Shown here piece after piece: positions 1 to 9,785 of a stretch of 51,465 nucleotides of DNA. Made by a program: the position numbers and the translations under genes. The stretch is taken from assembly GCA_018992565.1 (NCBI GenBank), contig JACVGW010000011.1:1-51465 (forward strand). Reading direction: 5' to 3'. Numbering within the stretch: the first letter of the stretch is position 1; every line of letters begins with the position of its first letter. Origin of the DNA: Theionarchaea archaeon. Its GTDB lineage: Archaea; Methanobacteriota_B; Thermococci; Methanofastidiosales; SZ-28-30. Under the pieces are notes generated by a model. That model was not told the origin of the DNA. It did no database searches and saw only the letters and a list, made by a program, of their open reading frames with translations.

Positions 1-29
1 TCTACTTCGTAGTTGCTATCTTCCTCCAT
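1..29 (-). CDS. 5' fragment of a gene running off the window edge (MEEDSNYEV...), possibly the KwaB partner
   Basis: ATG overlaps the TAA of the upstream gene (TAATG) and is preceded by GAGGTG; only 9 codons are visible. Confidence 0.45.
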
Positions 30-673
30 TACCACACCTCCATATCTAGGTCATTTCCAGAGCTTTTATCCCCGTTTCCACTTTCCGAACGAGTATTGTC
101 GGAAATTTCTGCATTTTGCTTTTTTTTTCTTGTAAGTTTAGATTTCTTGCAATGTTTGCCCCCTTTTCCAATATCTAAGTATATATTATCCGACATTCTT
201 GTGGCTTGAATCCGCTGCTTTCTGGCTAGCTTAAATTCCCTCGTTATGAGAACAATATTCCCCCCCGTTACAGCCTCTACATCGTGAATCTTAAATCCAA
301 AAACATTCAACAGCGGATTTATGAATATGAGATTCGAGTGGATGTATACAAAGAAAATCACAATCAAAAGTATCGCAATAGAGGCGACGTCCTGCCATTG
401 ATTGAATTCGAAGCCCAGAAAAACAATAATGTATGCTATTATATAGTCCAATGCATCACTGGTTCTGTTCTTTGATTTCCTGACATTGAACACTACAGGA
501 TTCCACTTCCGTGCAATCACAAAGACCGGGATCCAGATTGAATTCACAAGTGACAATACAAGAATGGAAATCCAGAAATCCCTTGATCCCATTTCGAAGT
601 ACTTGATGATGAAGATCAGCAAGAGAGGTGAGTACGCACTGATAAACAAGAGACTTCGAACCCAGCCCCTCAT
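29..673 (-). CDS. Multi-pass membrane protein resembling Kiwa defence protein KwaA
   Basis: About 4 hydrophobic segments; LFISAYSPL, DYIIAYIIVF and YIHSNLIFINPLLNVFGFKIHDV motifs match my recollection of KwaA-like proteins. Confidence 0.55.
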   Translation of the reverse strand: MRGWVRSLLFISAYSPLLLIFIIKYFEMGSRDFWISILVLSLVNSIWIPVFVIARKWNPVVFNVRKSKNRTSDALDYIIAYIIVFLGFEFNQWQDVASIAILLIVIFFVYIHSNLIFINPLLNVFGFKIHDVEAVTGGNIVLITREFKLARKQRIQATRMSDNIYLDIGKGGKHCKKSKLTRKKKQNAEISDNTRSESGNGDKSSGNDLDMEVW

Positions 674-903
674 CTACTCACCCCTAGAGTTCTGTAACCC
701 TTTTCAAGTGATGGCCGCTCTTTTCCCTGGCAGTATACTTCACTACCCATCGAGTTGCGTGGAATCACCATAACCACCACAGGTTCTTACATGGTAGAAA
801 TATTTACTCTTTCGGTATGTACTATTCCGTGCAAACCCAGGATTTGCCTCTTAATCTCCAAGGTATCAAAAAGCTTAAGTAGTCTCTCTTTTCTTCTGCA
901 CCA

Positions 904-2607
904 ATGTTTGAAATCAGGGCAAAAGATGGACTGGGACGAATTGGCCGCCTTGAAATACACGGAAAAGTAGTAGAAACTCCAGCACTTATGCCCGTTATTA
1001 ACCCAAAAAAGGCCGAAATCGCTCCTCGTGAAATGCAGGAGAAGTTCAAGGCCCAGATGATTATTACCAATGCATACATTATCTATGAATCCTCCTTGCG
1101 GGAGGAAGCAGCATCCAGAGGGATTCATGAATTGCTGGATTTTGATGGAGTCATTGCCACAGATTCAGGAAGCTTCCAGCTCATGAACTATGGGAATATT
1201 ACAGTCACCAACCAGGAGATTGTAGAATTCCAACAGGCCATCAAGTCCGATATATCAACCTTTCTGGATATTCCTACAACCCCTAACTGCACCTACGAAA
1301 AGGCCCTCACTGATCTGGAGGTTACTCTGGAGCGAGCTCGAGAAGCGCAGACCCTCAAGAAAGGATTTATGAATGGTACAGTCCAGGGAGGGAGGTTCCT
1401 AGATTTGAGGGAGAGAGCCTGTAAAGAACTGGCAGCCATGGACTTTGAGATCCACCCCCTGGGAGCAGTGGTCCCATTCCTGCTGAAGTACTCATTTACT
1501 CCCCTACTTGACATTATTCTCACCTGTAAAAAACACCTACCAGTTGAGAGACCTGTCCACTTATTTGGGGCTGGTCATCCCCTGCTGCTGCCACTGGCTG
1601 TCTTATGTGGATGCGATCTCTTTGATTCAGCAGCATACATCCTCTATGCCAAGGGAAACCGATACCTGACACCATCAGGCACAAGGAATCTGGAAGACCT
1701 TCTGTATTTCCCCTGCGAATGTCCTGAATGTTCCAGGACTGATCCAGAGACAGTCTCAGGGCTTTCTTCCCAGGAGAAGATTGCCTTTCTCACCAGACAC
1801 AACCTGTATTCTACTTTTGGAGAACTCAGGAGGATAAAGCAGGCCATTCATGAAGGTTCATTGTGGGAACTGGTAGAATCCAGAATCAGGTCGCACCCCA
1901 ATTTGCTGGAATCATACCACGTTATCAAGAAATACTCTGACTTCATAGAAACGTCTGAACCTTTCACCAAGCGAAGTGGATTCTTCTACACGGGAGCTGA
2001 AACCAAGTTCAGACCAGTGGTAGCCCGGTCCGCATCCAGGATAGCTCCAATACCTGGCGAAACCTTTGAACATCCCGTATTTGGCAAGGTTCCCGTATCA
2101 CTGAGCCAAACATACCCTTTTCATACCGATGAGGTAGTCTGTATGGCAGAAAAAAACATGATCAGAGATATTACAGTGTACCAGTTTGGTGTAGAGGCTG
2201 CCTCCCTGTTTGAGAAGGCTAAAGTCTCATATGGGAGAACAGGAAAAGTGCGTCACCTGCACGAAGATGGGTGTCTCCTTGCCACGTTGCGTCCCATGGA
2301 TGGGTTATTTGTCCTGACCCTTGAGGGCGCGCGGAAGCTGCATTCTCTGGTTACGGCCCCCAGGAGACGGGTTGTGGCAGATGAAGAAGCTGTACCATTT
2401 GTGAAGGATGGTAAAGACCTGTTTTCCCGGTTTGTCCTCACAATGGATGAAGCTCTACGCGCGTATGAAGAAGTGCTCATAACTGATGGAGATGACATCC
2501 TCCTGGGAGTGGGACGGCTGGTATTATCTCCAAAAGAGGTGCAGGCTTTTAAGAGAGGTGTTGCAGTGTACTGCAGGAGAGGTGCTGATGCCATACGTGA
2601 TCCTTGA
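904..2607 (+). CDS. tgtA: Archaeosine tRNA-guanine(15) transglycosylase with C-terminal PUA domain
   Basis: ETPALMPV, TDSGSFQ, HLFGAGHP, DLFDSAAY, zinc site CECPEC...H, PUA-like C-terminus. Confidence 0.95.
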   Translation: MFEIRAKDGLGRIGRLEIHGKVVETPALMPVINPKKAEIAPREMQEKFKAQMIITNAYIIYESSLREEAASRGIHELLDFDGVIATDSGSFQLMNYGNITVTNQEIVEFQQAIKSDISTFLDIPTTPNCTYEKALTDLEVTLERAREAQTLKKGFMNGTVQGGRFLDLRERACKELAAMDFEIHPLGAVVPFLLKYSFTPLLDIILTCKKHLPVERPVHLFGAGHPLLLPLAVLCGCDLFDSAAYILYAKGNRYLTPSGTRNLEDLLYFPCECPECSRTDPETVSGLSSQEKIAFLTRHNLYSTFGELRRIKQAIHEGSLWELVESRIRSHPNLLESYHVIKKYSDFIETSEPFTKRSGFFYTGAETKFRPVVARSASRIAPIPGETFEHPVFGKVPVSLSQTYPFHTDEVVCMAEKNMIRDITVYQFGVEAASLFEKAKVSYGRTGKVRHLHEDGCLLATLRPMDGLFVLTLEGARKLHSLVTAPRRRVVADEEAVPFVKDGKDLFSRFVLTMDEALRAYEEVLITDGDDILLGVGRLVLSPKEVQAFKRGVAVYCRRGADAIRDP

Positions 2608-3238
2608 TTCCCAGACAAAGAAGAGAGAATTGAAGAAAGTGGCCCCTTCACTCTACTACTGCACTCCTGAAAGACTGAAACGGTACCACGATTCGCTGTG
2701 CTTCCAGAAGAGAAAAGTGAAGAAGTACCGCCTCCAGCAGAGACGGAAGCGCGTGGGTTACATTCTCATGTGGTACAAGATCGAGAATCACACAGACAAG
2801 AACCGCAAGATCGTGCACCGAATGATTGAAAAGTCACTGGGATTCCCTGTGGCCCGCTCACTGATAGCCTTCCCTTACATACATTATCAGCCGGAAATGC
2901 CCTTCCTCTCCCCACAGAGGATTTACGCCCGCGCCCAGAGTCTGGATATTACCATGTCCAGAATAGCTGTATTAACTCCACTGGGGAAAACGCAAGAACG
3001 CTTGAGAGAAAAGGCAGAACACTATATGAGAAGCAAGTACGAACATCTCATACGCCGCGTGCTGAAGGCCCCCTATGATAGAAAGACGCGGAGTGAGATT
3101 CGCCAAAGCTATAAGAAACTGAAGAACAAGGGTAGAACATTATCTGTGATTCTGGGCATTAACGTGGCAAAGCTGGAGAGAAAGACATATACTATCATCT
3201 GGAAGTGGGAAAAAACAGGACAGACACAAAAGAAATGA
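2588..3238 (+). CDS. Basic hypothetical protein, possible ChrB-N/Cas2-like fold
   Basis: ATG at 2588 after GGAGAGGTG, overlapping the end of tgtA; K/R-rich; ILMWYKIE...RKIVHRMIEKSLG...SLIAFP pattern. Confidence 0.6.
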   Translation: MPYVILDSQTKKRELKKVAPSLYYCTPERLKRYHDSLCFQKRKVKKYRLQQRRKRVGYILMWYKIENHTDKNRKIVHRMIEKSLGFPVARSLIAFPYIHYQPEMPFLSPQRIYARAQSLDITMSRIAVLTPLGKTQERLREKAEHYMRSKYEHLIRRVLKAPYDRKTRSEIRQSYKKLKNKGRTLSVILGINVAKLERKTYTIIWKWEKTGQTQKK

Positions 3239-3380
3239 TAAGGGAATTTTAGAGATTTCTATTTTTAAATGTGTTGTGAATTAAGAATTTAAAACTTATT
3301 TCTTACTGAAATTTGTGAAGCTGCATTTTTTATTTATTTATTTTGCTCTGATGTAATTTTCTGGGTTTTGAGATTGCAGC

Positions 3381-3396
3381 GAAAAGATTTTATAAA
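3381..3396 (+). promoter_or_regulatory. BRE/TATA promoter of LysW-like copy 1
   Basis: GAAAAGATTTTATA, identical to the element at 3978-3991 upstream of copy 2. Confidence 0.6.
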
Positions 3397-3427
3397 CGGT
3401 AAAGGATCAAGGCGGGAGGTGTTAAGC

Positions 3428-3601
3428 ATGATACTAGAATGCCCCATCTGTGATGCTACGATCACAGTAAACAATCCCAAAGAAGGAGCCGTTGTGGTCT
3501 GCGAGGAATGTGATACGGAATTCGAACTAGTTCAGTTCGATGATGAATGGGATCTCTTGGAAGTAGGAGAGGAAGACTGGGAAGAGGATGAGGATTTCTA
3601 A
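3428..3601 (+). CDS. LysW/ArgW-like zinc-ribbon acidic carrier protein, copy 1 (atypical C-terminus)
   Basis: CPIC...CEEC zinc ribbon, acidic EEDW tail ending EEDWEEDEDF; SD GGAGGTG. Confidence 0.75.
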   Translation: MILECPICDATITVNNPKEGAVVVCEECDTEFELVQFDDEWDLLEVGEEDWEEDEDF

Positions 3602-4183
3602 TCTGTCTTCCTTGACTTTTTTTATTTTCATTTCAGTAAAGGGAAGTTGGTTTGTCGTTTCTCTGTAATGAATGCGTAATGTGTAGCTTTCTTTGAGAAT
3701 AGTCGCTTTAAACATGCCTTATGGAAACCACACGGCGCCATCTTCATCTGCTGTCCTGTTAGGACAGTCACAGGCATACTAACACTGTATATTACAGTTC
3801 TTTATAGGATTATAGGACAGACACAGAGTGGCCCTGAATGACCTCGAAGAGGAAAAAATGAGCCTATAGAGCTTTGTTTGACAATTGGAGACTTATTTTT
3901 TTACATTCATTATCTATTGTACCAATGAGAGGGGCTGCACCTCTCTCATAGCCTATGATGTCGTGGAACGGTCAACAGAAAAGATTTTATAGATGGGCAA
4001 ATCAACGCCAGCGAGGTGTTCTACATGATGTTGGAGTGTCCGATTTGTGACGCCGCTATCAACGTGAAGAATCCACAAGAAGGAGATATCGTTACCTGTA
4101 AGGAATGCGATACAGAATTCGAACTGGTTCAGTTCGATGATGAATGGGATCTCTTGGAAGTAGGAGAGGAAGACTGGGAAGAG
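3530..4183 (+). repeat. 57-bp exact direct repeat shared by the two LysW-like genes (3530-3586 and 4127-4183)
   Basis: GTTCAGTTCGATGATGAATGGGATCTCTTGGAAGTAGGAGAGGAAGACTGGGAAGAG occurs twice. Confidence 0.9.
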
Positions 4184-4198
4184 AATGAAGATCTCTGA
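4025..4198 (+). CDS. LysW/ArgW-like zinc-ribbon acidic carrier protein, copy 2 (atypical C-terminus)
   Basis: CPIC...CKEC, ends EEDWEENEDL; SD GAGGTG. Confidence 0.75.
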   Translation: MMLECPICDAAINVKNPQEGDIVTCKECDTEFELVQFDDEWDLLEVGEEDWEENEDL

Positions 4199-4282
4199 TA
4201 TGTCTTCCTTTCTTTATTTTTGTTTTGAGAAAGAAATAACACTGAATGAAGTTCATCCCTCTCCTGGTCTGGCGATGAAATC

Positions 4283-5629
4283 TTATCCTACCTTTTTTCT
4301 GTACAGCACAGCAACTATGATGGCTAGTACAAGTCCCCCTATACCCGCAATCCAGTACAGATCACACGATTCCTGGATTTCCTCCAATGGTGAACCCTGT
4401 GTCGGGACGGGAGAGAGAGGGGAAGGAGTGACTTCTCCAGGGACAGAAGATTCAGGGGGTTCAGGTCCAGGCGTGGCAGGAGGCGTGTAACCAGACAATC
4501 CAAAGCAATAGACAATCCCATTCACAGATCCTATAAAGAGAGAACCTTCTGCAATGGCAGGAGATGATTCTGCAATCTCCCCCGTTTCCAGAACCCATAT
4601 CAAATCACCCGTGTTCGCTTCAAGACAATATACATGTCCGTCATGAGATCCTACATACACTTTCCCTTCAACTGCTGCAGGAGAAGAATCTATGTCATCG
4701 CCTGTTTCAAAATACCATAAGACCTCACCATTATCACTATCGAGGCAGTATACAAAATTATTCCCAGATCCAATGTACACTTTTCCATCCATTACTGCAG
4801 GGGACGAGTACACGACTTCTTCTCCAGTATCGAACAGCCAGGCCAGTTCTCCTGTATATGCATCAAAACAATAAAAGTATGAATCGCAACAGGGATACAC
4901 GTATGAGCCAAAATACACCCTGCCCTCGTATATGGCAGGAGAGGAGCGCACCCTGATGTAATGCTCGCCCATAGAATAGAACCAGAGAAGCTGACCTGTG
5001 TCTGCTGAGAGGCAGTAGAATATAGTATCCCGGGCACCCACGAAGACTCTTCCATCATAAACAGCAGGAGAGGACGCAATCCATACACCTGTCTCATAGA
5101 ACCAGAGTATTTCCCCTGTATCTGCTGAAAGGCAGTAAATACTGGTGTCCCCGGATCCAAAATACACTTTTCCGTCCACTACGACAGGCGATGTCCACAC
5201 TGCCTGACCTGTTTCATACTTCCAGGCTACTTCTCCAGTAGTACTATCGAGACAGTACATAGAATAATCATTCGACCCAATGTACACCTTTCCACCACTC
5301 ACAGCAGGGGAGGAGACTACTTCACCTCCAGTCTGATATGTCCAGAGCACATTTCCGTTACCTGCATCCAGGCAATACACATTATGGTCGTGCGACCCAA
5401 TATACACCCTCCCACCACTCACAGCTGGAGAGGAGACTACTTCACCATCAGTCTGATATGCCCACAGAAGTTCCAGTTTATGAGGGAGACTGCATTGGGA
5501 ATATCCTGTATGCTCAGGATTGGATCTGAACATGGGCCAGTCGCAGGATGTCTGAGACCAACACCATGAACCAGTATATCCGGCGCACAGCACCAATACC
5601 AGTACAATGACTCCACTTTTCCATTTCAT
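4283..5629 (-). CDS. Secreted, membrane-anchored PQQ-like (BamB-type) beta-propeller repeat protein
   Basis: Signal peptide, WPMFR motif, about 8 repeats of 40 aa (SSPAVxxGxVYxGSxDxxxYCLxAxxGxxxW), Pro/Ser linker, C-terminal TM plus RKK. Confidence 0.9.
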   Translation of the reverse strand: MKWKSGVIVLVLVLCAGYTGSWCWSQTSCDWPMFRSNPEHTGYSQCSLPHKLELLWAYQTDGEVVSSPAVSGGRVYIGSHDHNVYCLDAGNGNVLWTYQTGGEVVSSPAVSGGKVYIGSNDYSMYCLDSTTGEVAWKYETGQAVWTSPVVVDGKVYFGSGDTSIYCLSADTGEILWFYETGVWIASSPAVYDGRVFVGARDTIFYCLSADTGQLLWFYSMGEHYIRVRSSPAIYEGRVYFGSYVYPCCDSYFYCFDAYTGELAWLFDTGEEVVYSSPAVMDGKVYIGSGNNFVYCLDSDNGEVLWYFETGDDIDSSPAAVEGKVYVGSHDGHVYCLEANTGDLIWVLETGEIAESSPAIAEGSLFIGSVNGIVYCFGLSGYTPPATPGPEPPESSVPGEVTPSPLSPVPTQGSPLEEIQESCDLYWIAGIGGLVLAIIVAVLYRKKVG

Positions 5630-5994
5630 TGTATCGCCTTTTGCCTGTTGTTAGATGGCATACTTTGTCCTCTATTTAAACCTTTTGTGGGTTCAATCTA
5701 CCTGCTGGGTTATCTGCAGCGGAGTCTTCCAGTTCACTTCATAGGAGGCGCACGTCACCACGTGGTCACAGCAGGTCTTTGTCTATTTGGTTGGCGGTGG
5801 ATAATTCAGGATGACATTACAGGAAAAAGAATATCGGGGGTTGACATCTTCTTGAATGAGAACCCAACGTCGTCTGAAAAATGTCTGGACCGTATTTCTC
5901 ATTTGTCCACCGAGTTTCGAATGAGTTTTTGAATGCTGACTTCCAATGAGCTCCATAGAAGAGACTAAAAGAAAGAGAAAAAGAGGAAAAAAGA

Positions 5995-6972
5995 CTATAA
6001 TCCAAGAGTTCCTGTACCCGTGTAGTTCAGTTTTGCACCTACTGAGCTGTATCCTTTAGCCACAACTTGACAGACACTCAGTCCATTAATGCACAGATCA
6101 GTGAAGTTCTCCTGGGCAGCATTATCACCATCAACAACCAGTACTGACTTGGTCCAGCCCATATAGGCTCCAGCTCCTGCATCGATCCAGGCATCTGCCA
6201 TGGAAGAATTCTTCAATCCCTCGCATGATTCCATGTATATCAGAGAGTTGGGCAAATCTGAGTAGTAGTGGGAGATCAGTCCTGGTGTGTACGTGAAGAA
6301 GTCGTAATACTGACCAGAGTGGTAAATCCATGCCCGGATTACCCATCCCTGATTCTGTTCATAGGTGTATTTCGATTCACTCCATCGTTCTCCGGAGCAG
6401 AGAATGACCTGACCTGTACTGGAATCGTAGCCGCCGTGTCCCCTGTTGAATACGACGCCCGAGTCCAGCTTGGTTTCAATCAGTGATATTGTCACCTGGG
6501 TGTTCTTGTAATAGGTGGAGGAATACCCTGCGCTCTGCAGATCGCTCTTTATGGAGTTAAACAGGTCAGGATTGTGGAAGACACCTCCCTGCCATTCGAA
6601 GGGGTCCAGCAGTACAGCTGAACTGTTGGTAGGCCAGGTTGTAGGCGGGCCACAGGAAGGGGGCTTTCCCAAAAAGATAGATCCAGACTCTAAAGAACCT
6701 AGCGTTTCTGAAGAACCCAGTAAAAGAACAGACTTCCCACCGTATCCGATGGCCGTCAGATCAGAGTCTTCAAGGTACACCTGCATTCCTGCATTTCTGT
6801 AGAATTGCTTGAGCAATCCAAGAGCTTTTCCATGTTCAATTCCCTGCGATTTCCAGGTCTCAAAGTTCTGAAGTCCCTCTTTTATGACTTGCGTGTGATC
6901 AGGTGCTGCAGCAAGAGATACGAAAGAAAGAACCAGAATCATAGATAGTGCACTTGCGTATACTTTTCTCAT
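5995..6972 (-). CDS. Secreted protein with clan CD (gingipain/caspase-like) peptidase-type motifs
   Basis: Signal peptide; VFNRGHGG and IYMESC putative His/Cys dyad, GAGAYMGW; SD GGAGGTG. Confidence 0.55.
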   Translation of the reverse strand: MRKVYASALSMILVLSFVSLAAAPDHTQVIKEGLQNFETWKSQGIEHGKALGLLKQFYRNAGMQVYLEDSDLTAIGYGGKSVLLLGSSETLGSLESGSIFLGKPPSCGPPTTWPTNSSAVLLDPFEWQGGVFHNPDLFNSIKSDLQSAGYSSTYYKNTQVTISLIETKLDSGVVFNRGHGGYDSSTGQVILCSGERWSESKYTYEQNQGWVIRAWIYHSGQYYDFFTYTPGLISHYYSDLPNSLIYMESCEGLKNSSMADAWIDAGAGAYMGWTKSVLVVDGDNAAQENFTDLCINGLSVCQVVAKGYSSVGAKLNYTGTGTLGL

Positions 6973-7146
6973 TTCTCTCACCTCCTTCATCTTGTTACGT
7001 GGTTCTCTAAACAGAGAATTGGAATATCTTACTCTTTGTAGGTTCTTAAATCTTTCGGTAAGTGATCAAAGAATTGAGAATGTTGTCTGAATTCAAAGAA
7101 AAACAGAGCGGCGGGAGATAAAAAAGGACATAAAATCTGCAGGAGA

Positions 7147-8208
7147 TTATGACTTCCTGCTCAGGCTGCAGGTCATCCACCACACTCCACAGGAACTTCC
7201 TATTGATAGCACGATGGAAATGAGGAGTGCTTTCATAACGAAAGCATAGGGATTTTCAGTCGATGATATGTGGTATATCACCTTCTGTATCAGTGTACAT
7301 GTTTCCTGGACATAATCCTCAAGAACAGTTGTATCCTGTTCAGAATGAATATGGGGGTACATTCTGTTGGTAGATCTCGTTATGCCCACTGCAGGTATTC
7401 CTTTTCTGTTAAAAGGAGCATGATCACTGAACAAGGGACCAATGGAGGGTCTCCCCTCATTTGATATGCCATATATGAGGTGTGCAAGCCAGAACGAGGT
7501 GGCCCTGTGAGACGTCATACAGGATATGTGAAGATCTCTTCCCACCCCCACTGTATCCACACATATCACACCTTTCAGGTCTCTCTGGAGAGCGTCTGCC
7601 ATGTGGGTGGACTCCACCAGCCCCTTCTCTTCCCCTGTGAAGAATGCAAGAAGGATTGTGTACTGGGGAAAAACAGGATAATCCAGTTCCAGCAAGACAG
7701 CCACTCCCGAGGCATTATCATCTGCTCCCGGGGAGGTTTCCACTGTATCAAAGTGCGCACAAAAGAGGAAAGATTCCTCTCGTTCCCCCTGAATTGTGGC
7801 TGTGACATTCGTGAGGTATTCAGATGATAGGCCTTTCTGACGCAGTATGTCTTCAATATAGTGGGCAGCTGCCTCTTCTGAGCTACTCAGGTAGGGCCTG
7901 GGGCCAACAGTCACTGCCAGATAGTCTACGTGGCGGAGGGGATTTCCTGTGTACGAGATGTCATAATCGGGCGCCAACCATGAGGTGAGGGGAGATATGG
8001 TCATGGAAAAGAAGATGAATGAGAATGTTGTCACAAACAAGATAGATTCAATCCATTTCTTACGAATGATAACATTGAAAAACCATAATACTATCAGAAA
8101 AAGAATCAATTCGTGAACCAGGTATATGTAGTAAGGAAAGGGATACCCTATTACAATGGAGGAGATAATGGTGGCAAGCAATGCCGATAAGGCCAGCAGA
8201 GGCTTCAT
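7147..8208 (-). CDS. Membrane-bound M28 family metallopeptidase
   Basis: AHFDT, GADDNASGVAVLLEL, FTGEEKGL, SDHAPF, HSEQD; TM segments at both ends. Confidence 0.9.
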   Translation of the reverse strand: MKPLLALSALLATIISSIVIGYPFPYYIYLVHELILFLIVLWFFNVIIRKKWIESILFVTTFSFIFFSMTISPLTSWLAPDYDISYTGNPLRHVDYLAVTVGPRPYLSSSEEAAAHYIEDILRQKGLSSEYLTNVTATIQGEREESFLFCAHFDTVETSPGADDNASGVAVLLELDYPVFPQYTILLAFFTGEEKGLVESTHMADALQRDLKGVICVDTVGVGRDLHISCMTSHRATSFWLAHLIYGISNEGRPSIGPLFSDHAPFNRKGIPAVGITRSTNRMYPHIHSEQDTTVLEDYVQETCTLIQKVIYHISSTENPYAFVMKALLISIVLSIGSSCGVWWMTCSLSRKS

Positions 8209-8342
8209 ACTGGAAAATTGAGATGATACTTTTTATGGCTTGCGCTCGTGGCTTGTGTCACTGGATTTACGGTGGATAATTGAGGACTGCAGTCACAGGT
8301 TGCTTCAAGAAAGAGGCAAAACGAGAAGGTCTAGTAAAGGAT

Positions 8343-9245
8343 TTACGTTACATACAGGAGCAACGCAGCCAATGAGCCAATGCTGGCTATGGTAGACGTC
8401 AGAACAGCGCTGGACACGAACCCTGGCTCTGCATCAAATTCTATGGCAATCAAGACAGAGTTGATTGCAGTAGGCATGGAACATTCAATAAGTAAGATAC
8501 TTCGCAGTACGCCGTCAATCCCCATGAGACTGGTGAGAGCAATGCCAATGAGAGGAGATAGCCCTAATCGCATAATATTCGCCAGCACGAGCGATTTGAA
8601 ATCCCTGTTCATATGGGTATGAGAAAGCTGAATTCCCAGGAGAACCATACATACAGGAATGGCGGCCGATCCAAGCAATCCGACTGACTTCCCCAGGAAT
8701 GAGGGAACTTCAACGTGAAAATAGCTAATAAGAGATGCTAGTACCACTGCATATATGAGGGGGATCTTAAATACATTCAGCAAAGACCCTTTGAAATTTG
8801 AAGTCCCCCTGGACGCTATGTAGACGGCAAAGGTATACATGATGACAGACCCGTACATCATATAGGCCAGGGCACTGACTGTTCCTTCTTCTCCAAAGGC
8901 AAACGTACAGAGGGGCACCCCATAGTTGCCTGAATTGGTGAACAGGACTGACAGGAGGAATGCACTCCGTGCAGCTCTTTCCAGGTTGAGGAGTCTGCAT
9001 GTCACAAGCGACACAACATACAGGATACTGGTGAATCCCACCACAAAGGCTCCAATGACTGCCAGGCTGCTCAAGACATCCTTGTCTATGAAGGTGGCAA
9101 AGACTAATGAAGGGAGGAGAACGAAAATGCTGAGGTGAGCTATAGAACGTGGGTCTGGGCTCTTGGTTCTGCCCAGAATGACGCCAATCCCGAATATGAG
9201 AAATATGGGGAAGAGGACGTCCATGAGCACCTGGGTGAGATTCAT
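8343..9245 (-). CDS. AEC (auxin efflux carrier) family transporter
   Basis: About 10 TM segments; NSGNYGVP, SMPTAINS motifs. Confidence 0.9.
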   Translation of the reverse strand: MNLTQVLMDVLFPIFLIFGIGVILGRTKSPDPRSIAHLSIFVLLPSLVFATFIDKDVLSSLAVIGAFVVGFTSILYVVSLVTCRLLNLERAARSAFLLSVLFTNSGNYGVPLCTFAFGEEGTVSALAYMMYGSVIMYTFAVYIASRGTSNFKGSLLNVFKIPLIYAVVLASLISYFHVEVPSFLGKSVGLLGSAAIPVCMVLLGIQLSHTHMNRDFKSLVLANIMRLGLSPLIGIALTSLMGIDGVLRSILLIECSMPTAINSVLIAIEFDAEPGFVSSAVLTSTIASIGSLAALLLYVT

Positions 9246-9785
9246 GGGTAGGCCTTGTGGTGAGTCTTATAAAGATTATGGATACCATATCACGTTCATC
9301 CTGGTCCTGGGAGGGTTAAGGATTCCCCAGACGATAGGAAATGATGACCAATAGTAGCCAATGCAGCATCCTTTTCAGAAAGCAGCATGAAGGCAAGGAC
9401 TGTTACATCCTTTGTCCTATCATTTGTCGCTCTCTCATGTTCTTGAATCTCTTAAATCAATTCTCATTGTTACCAAAAGAAATTGTCATTAAAAATCTGG
9501 CAATTGTGTGCGTTATTCCCACAACGCATTCACAAACTTCTGAGAAAGATTGCGATATTCGCGGAGGACGCAAGGTTTATAAGTGCTTGAGCCCTCTATT
9601 ACTAATAACTGGAAGGTACTGGTTGGAAGGGTAAATCCCCCCGAGGCTCAACAAACCATTGCCCCCATAACCTTCTTCTCAAACACTGAGGCCTCTCAGC
9701 GGAGAGCCCATATTCCAACTCTCCTTCCGATTTCTATCTTTCTTGAGATACTATGGCCGGTAGTTGATAGAGGTAGCCGGGATTC

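Noticed and set aside
3752..3768. CTGTCCT-GTT-AGGACAG palindrome as an operator or element end
   Set aside because: A single 7-bp stem is too short to support a call
5270..5475. DNA repeat with about 120-bp period as a mobile or CRISPR element
   Set aside because: Explained by duplicated 40-aa propeller blades within the PQQ-like gene
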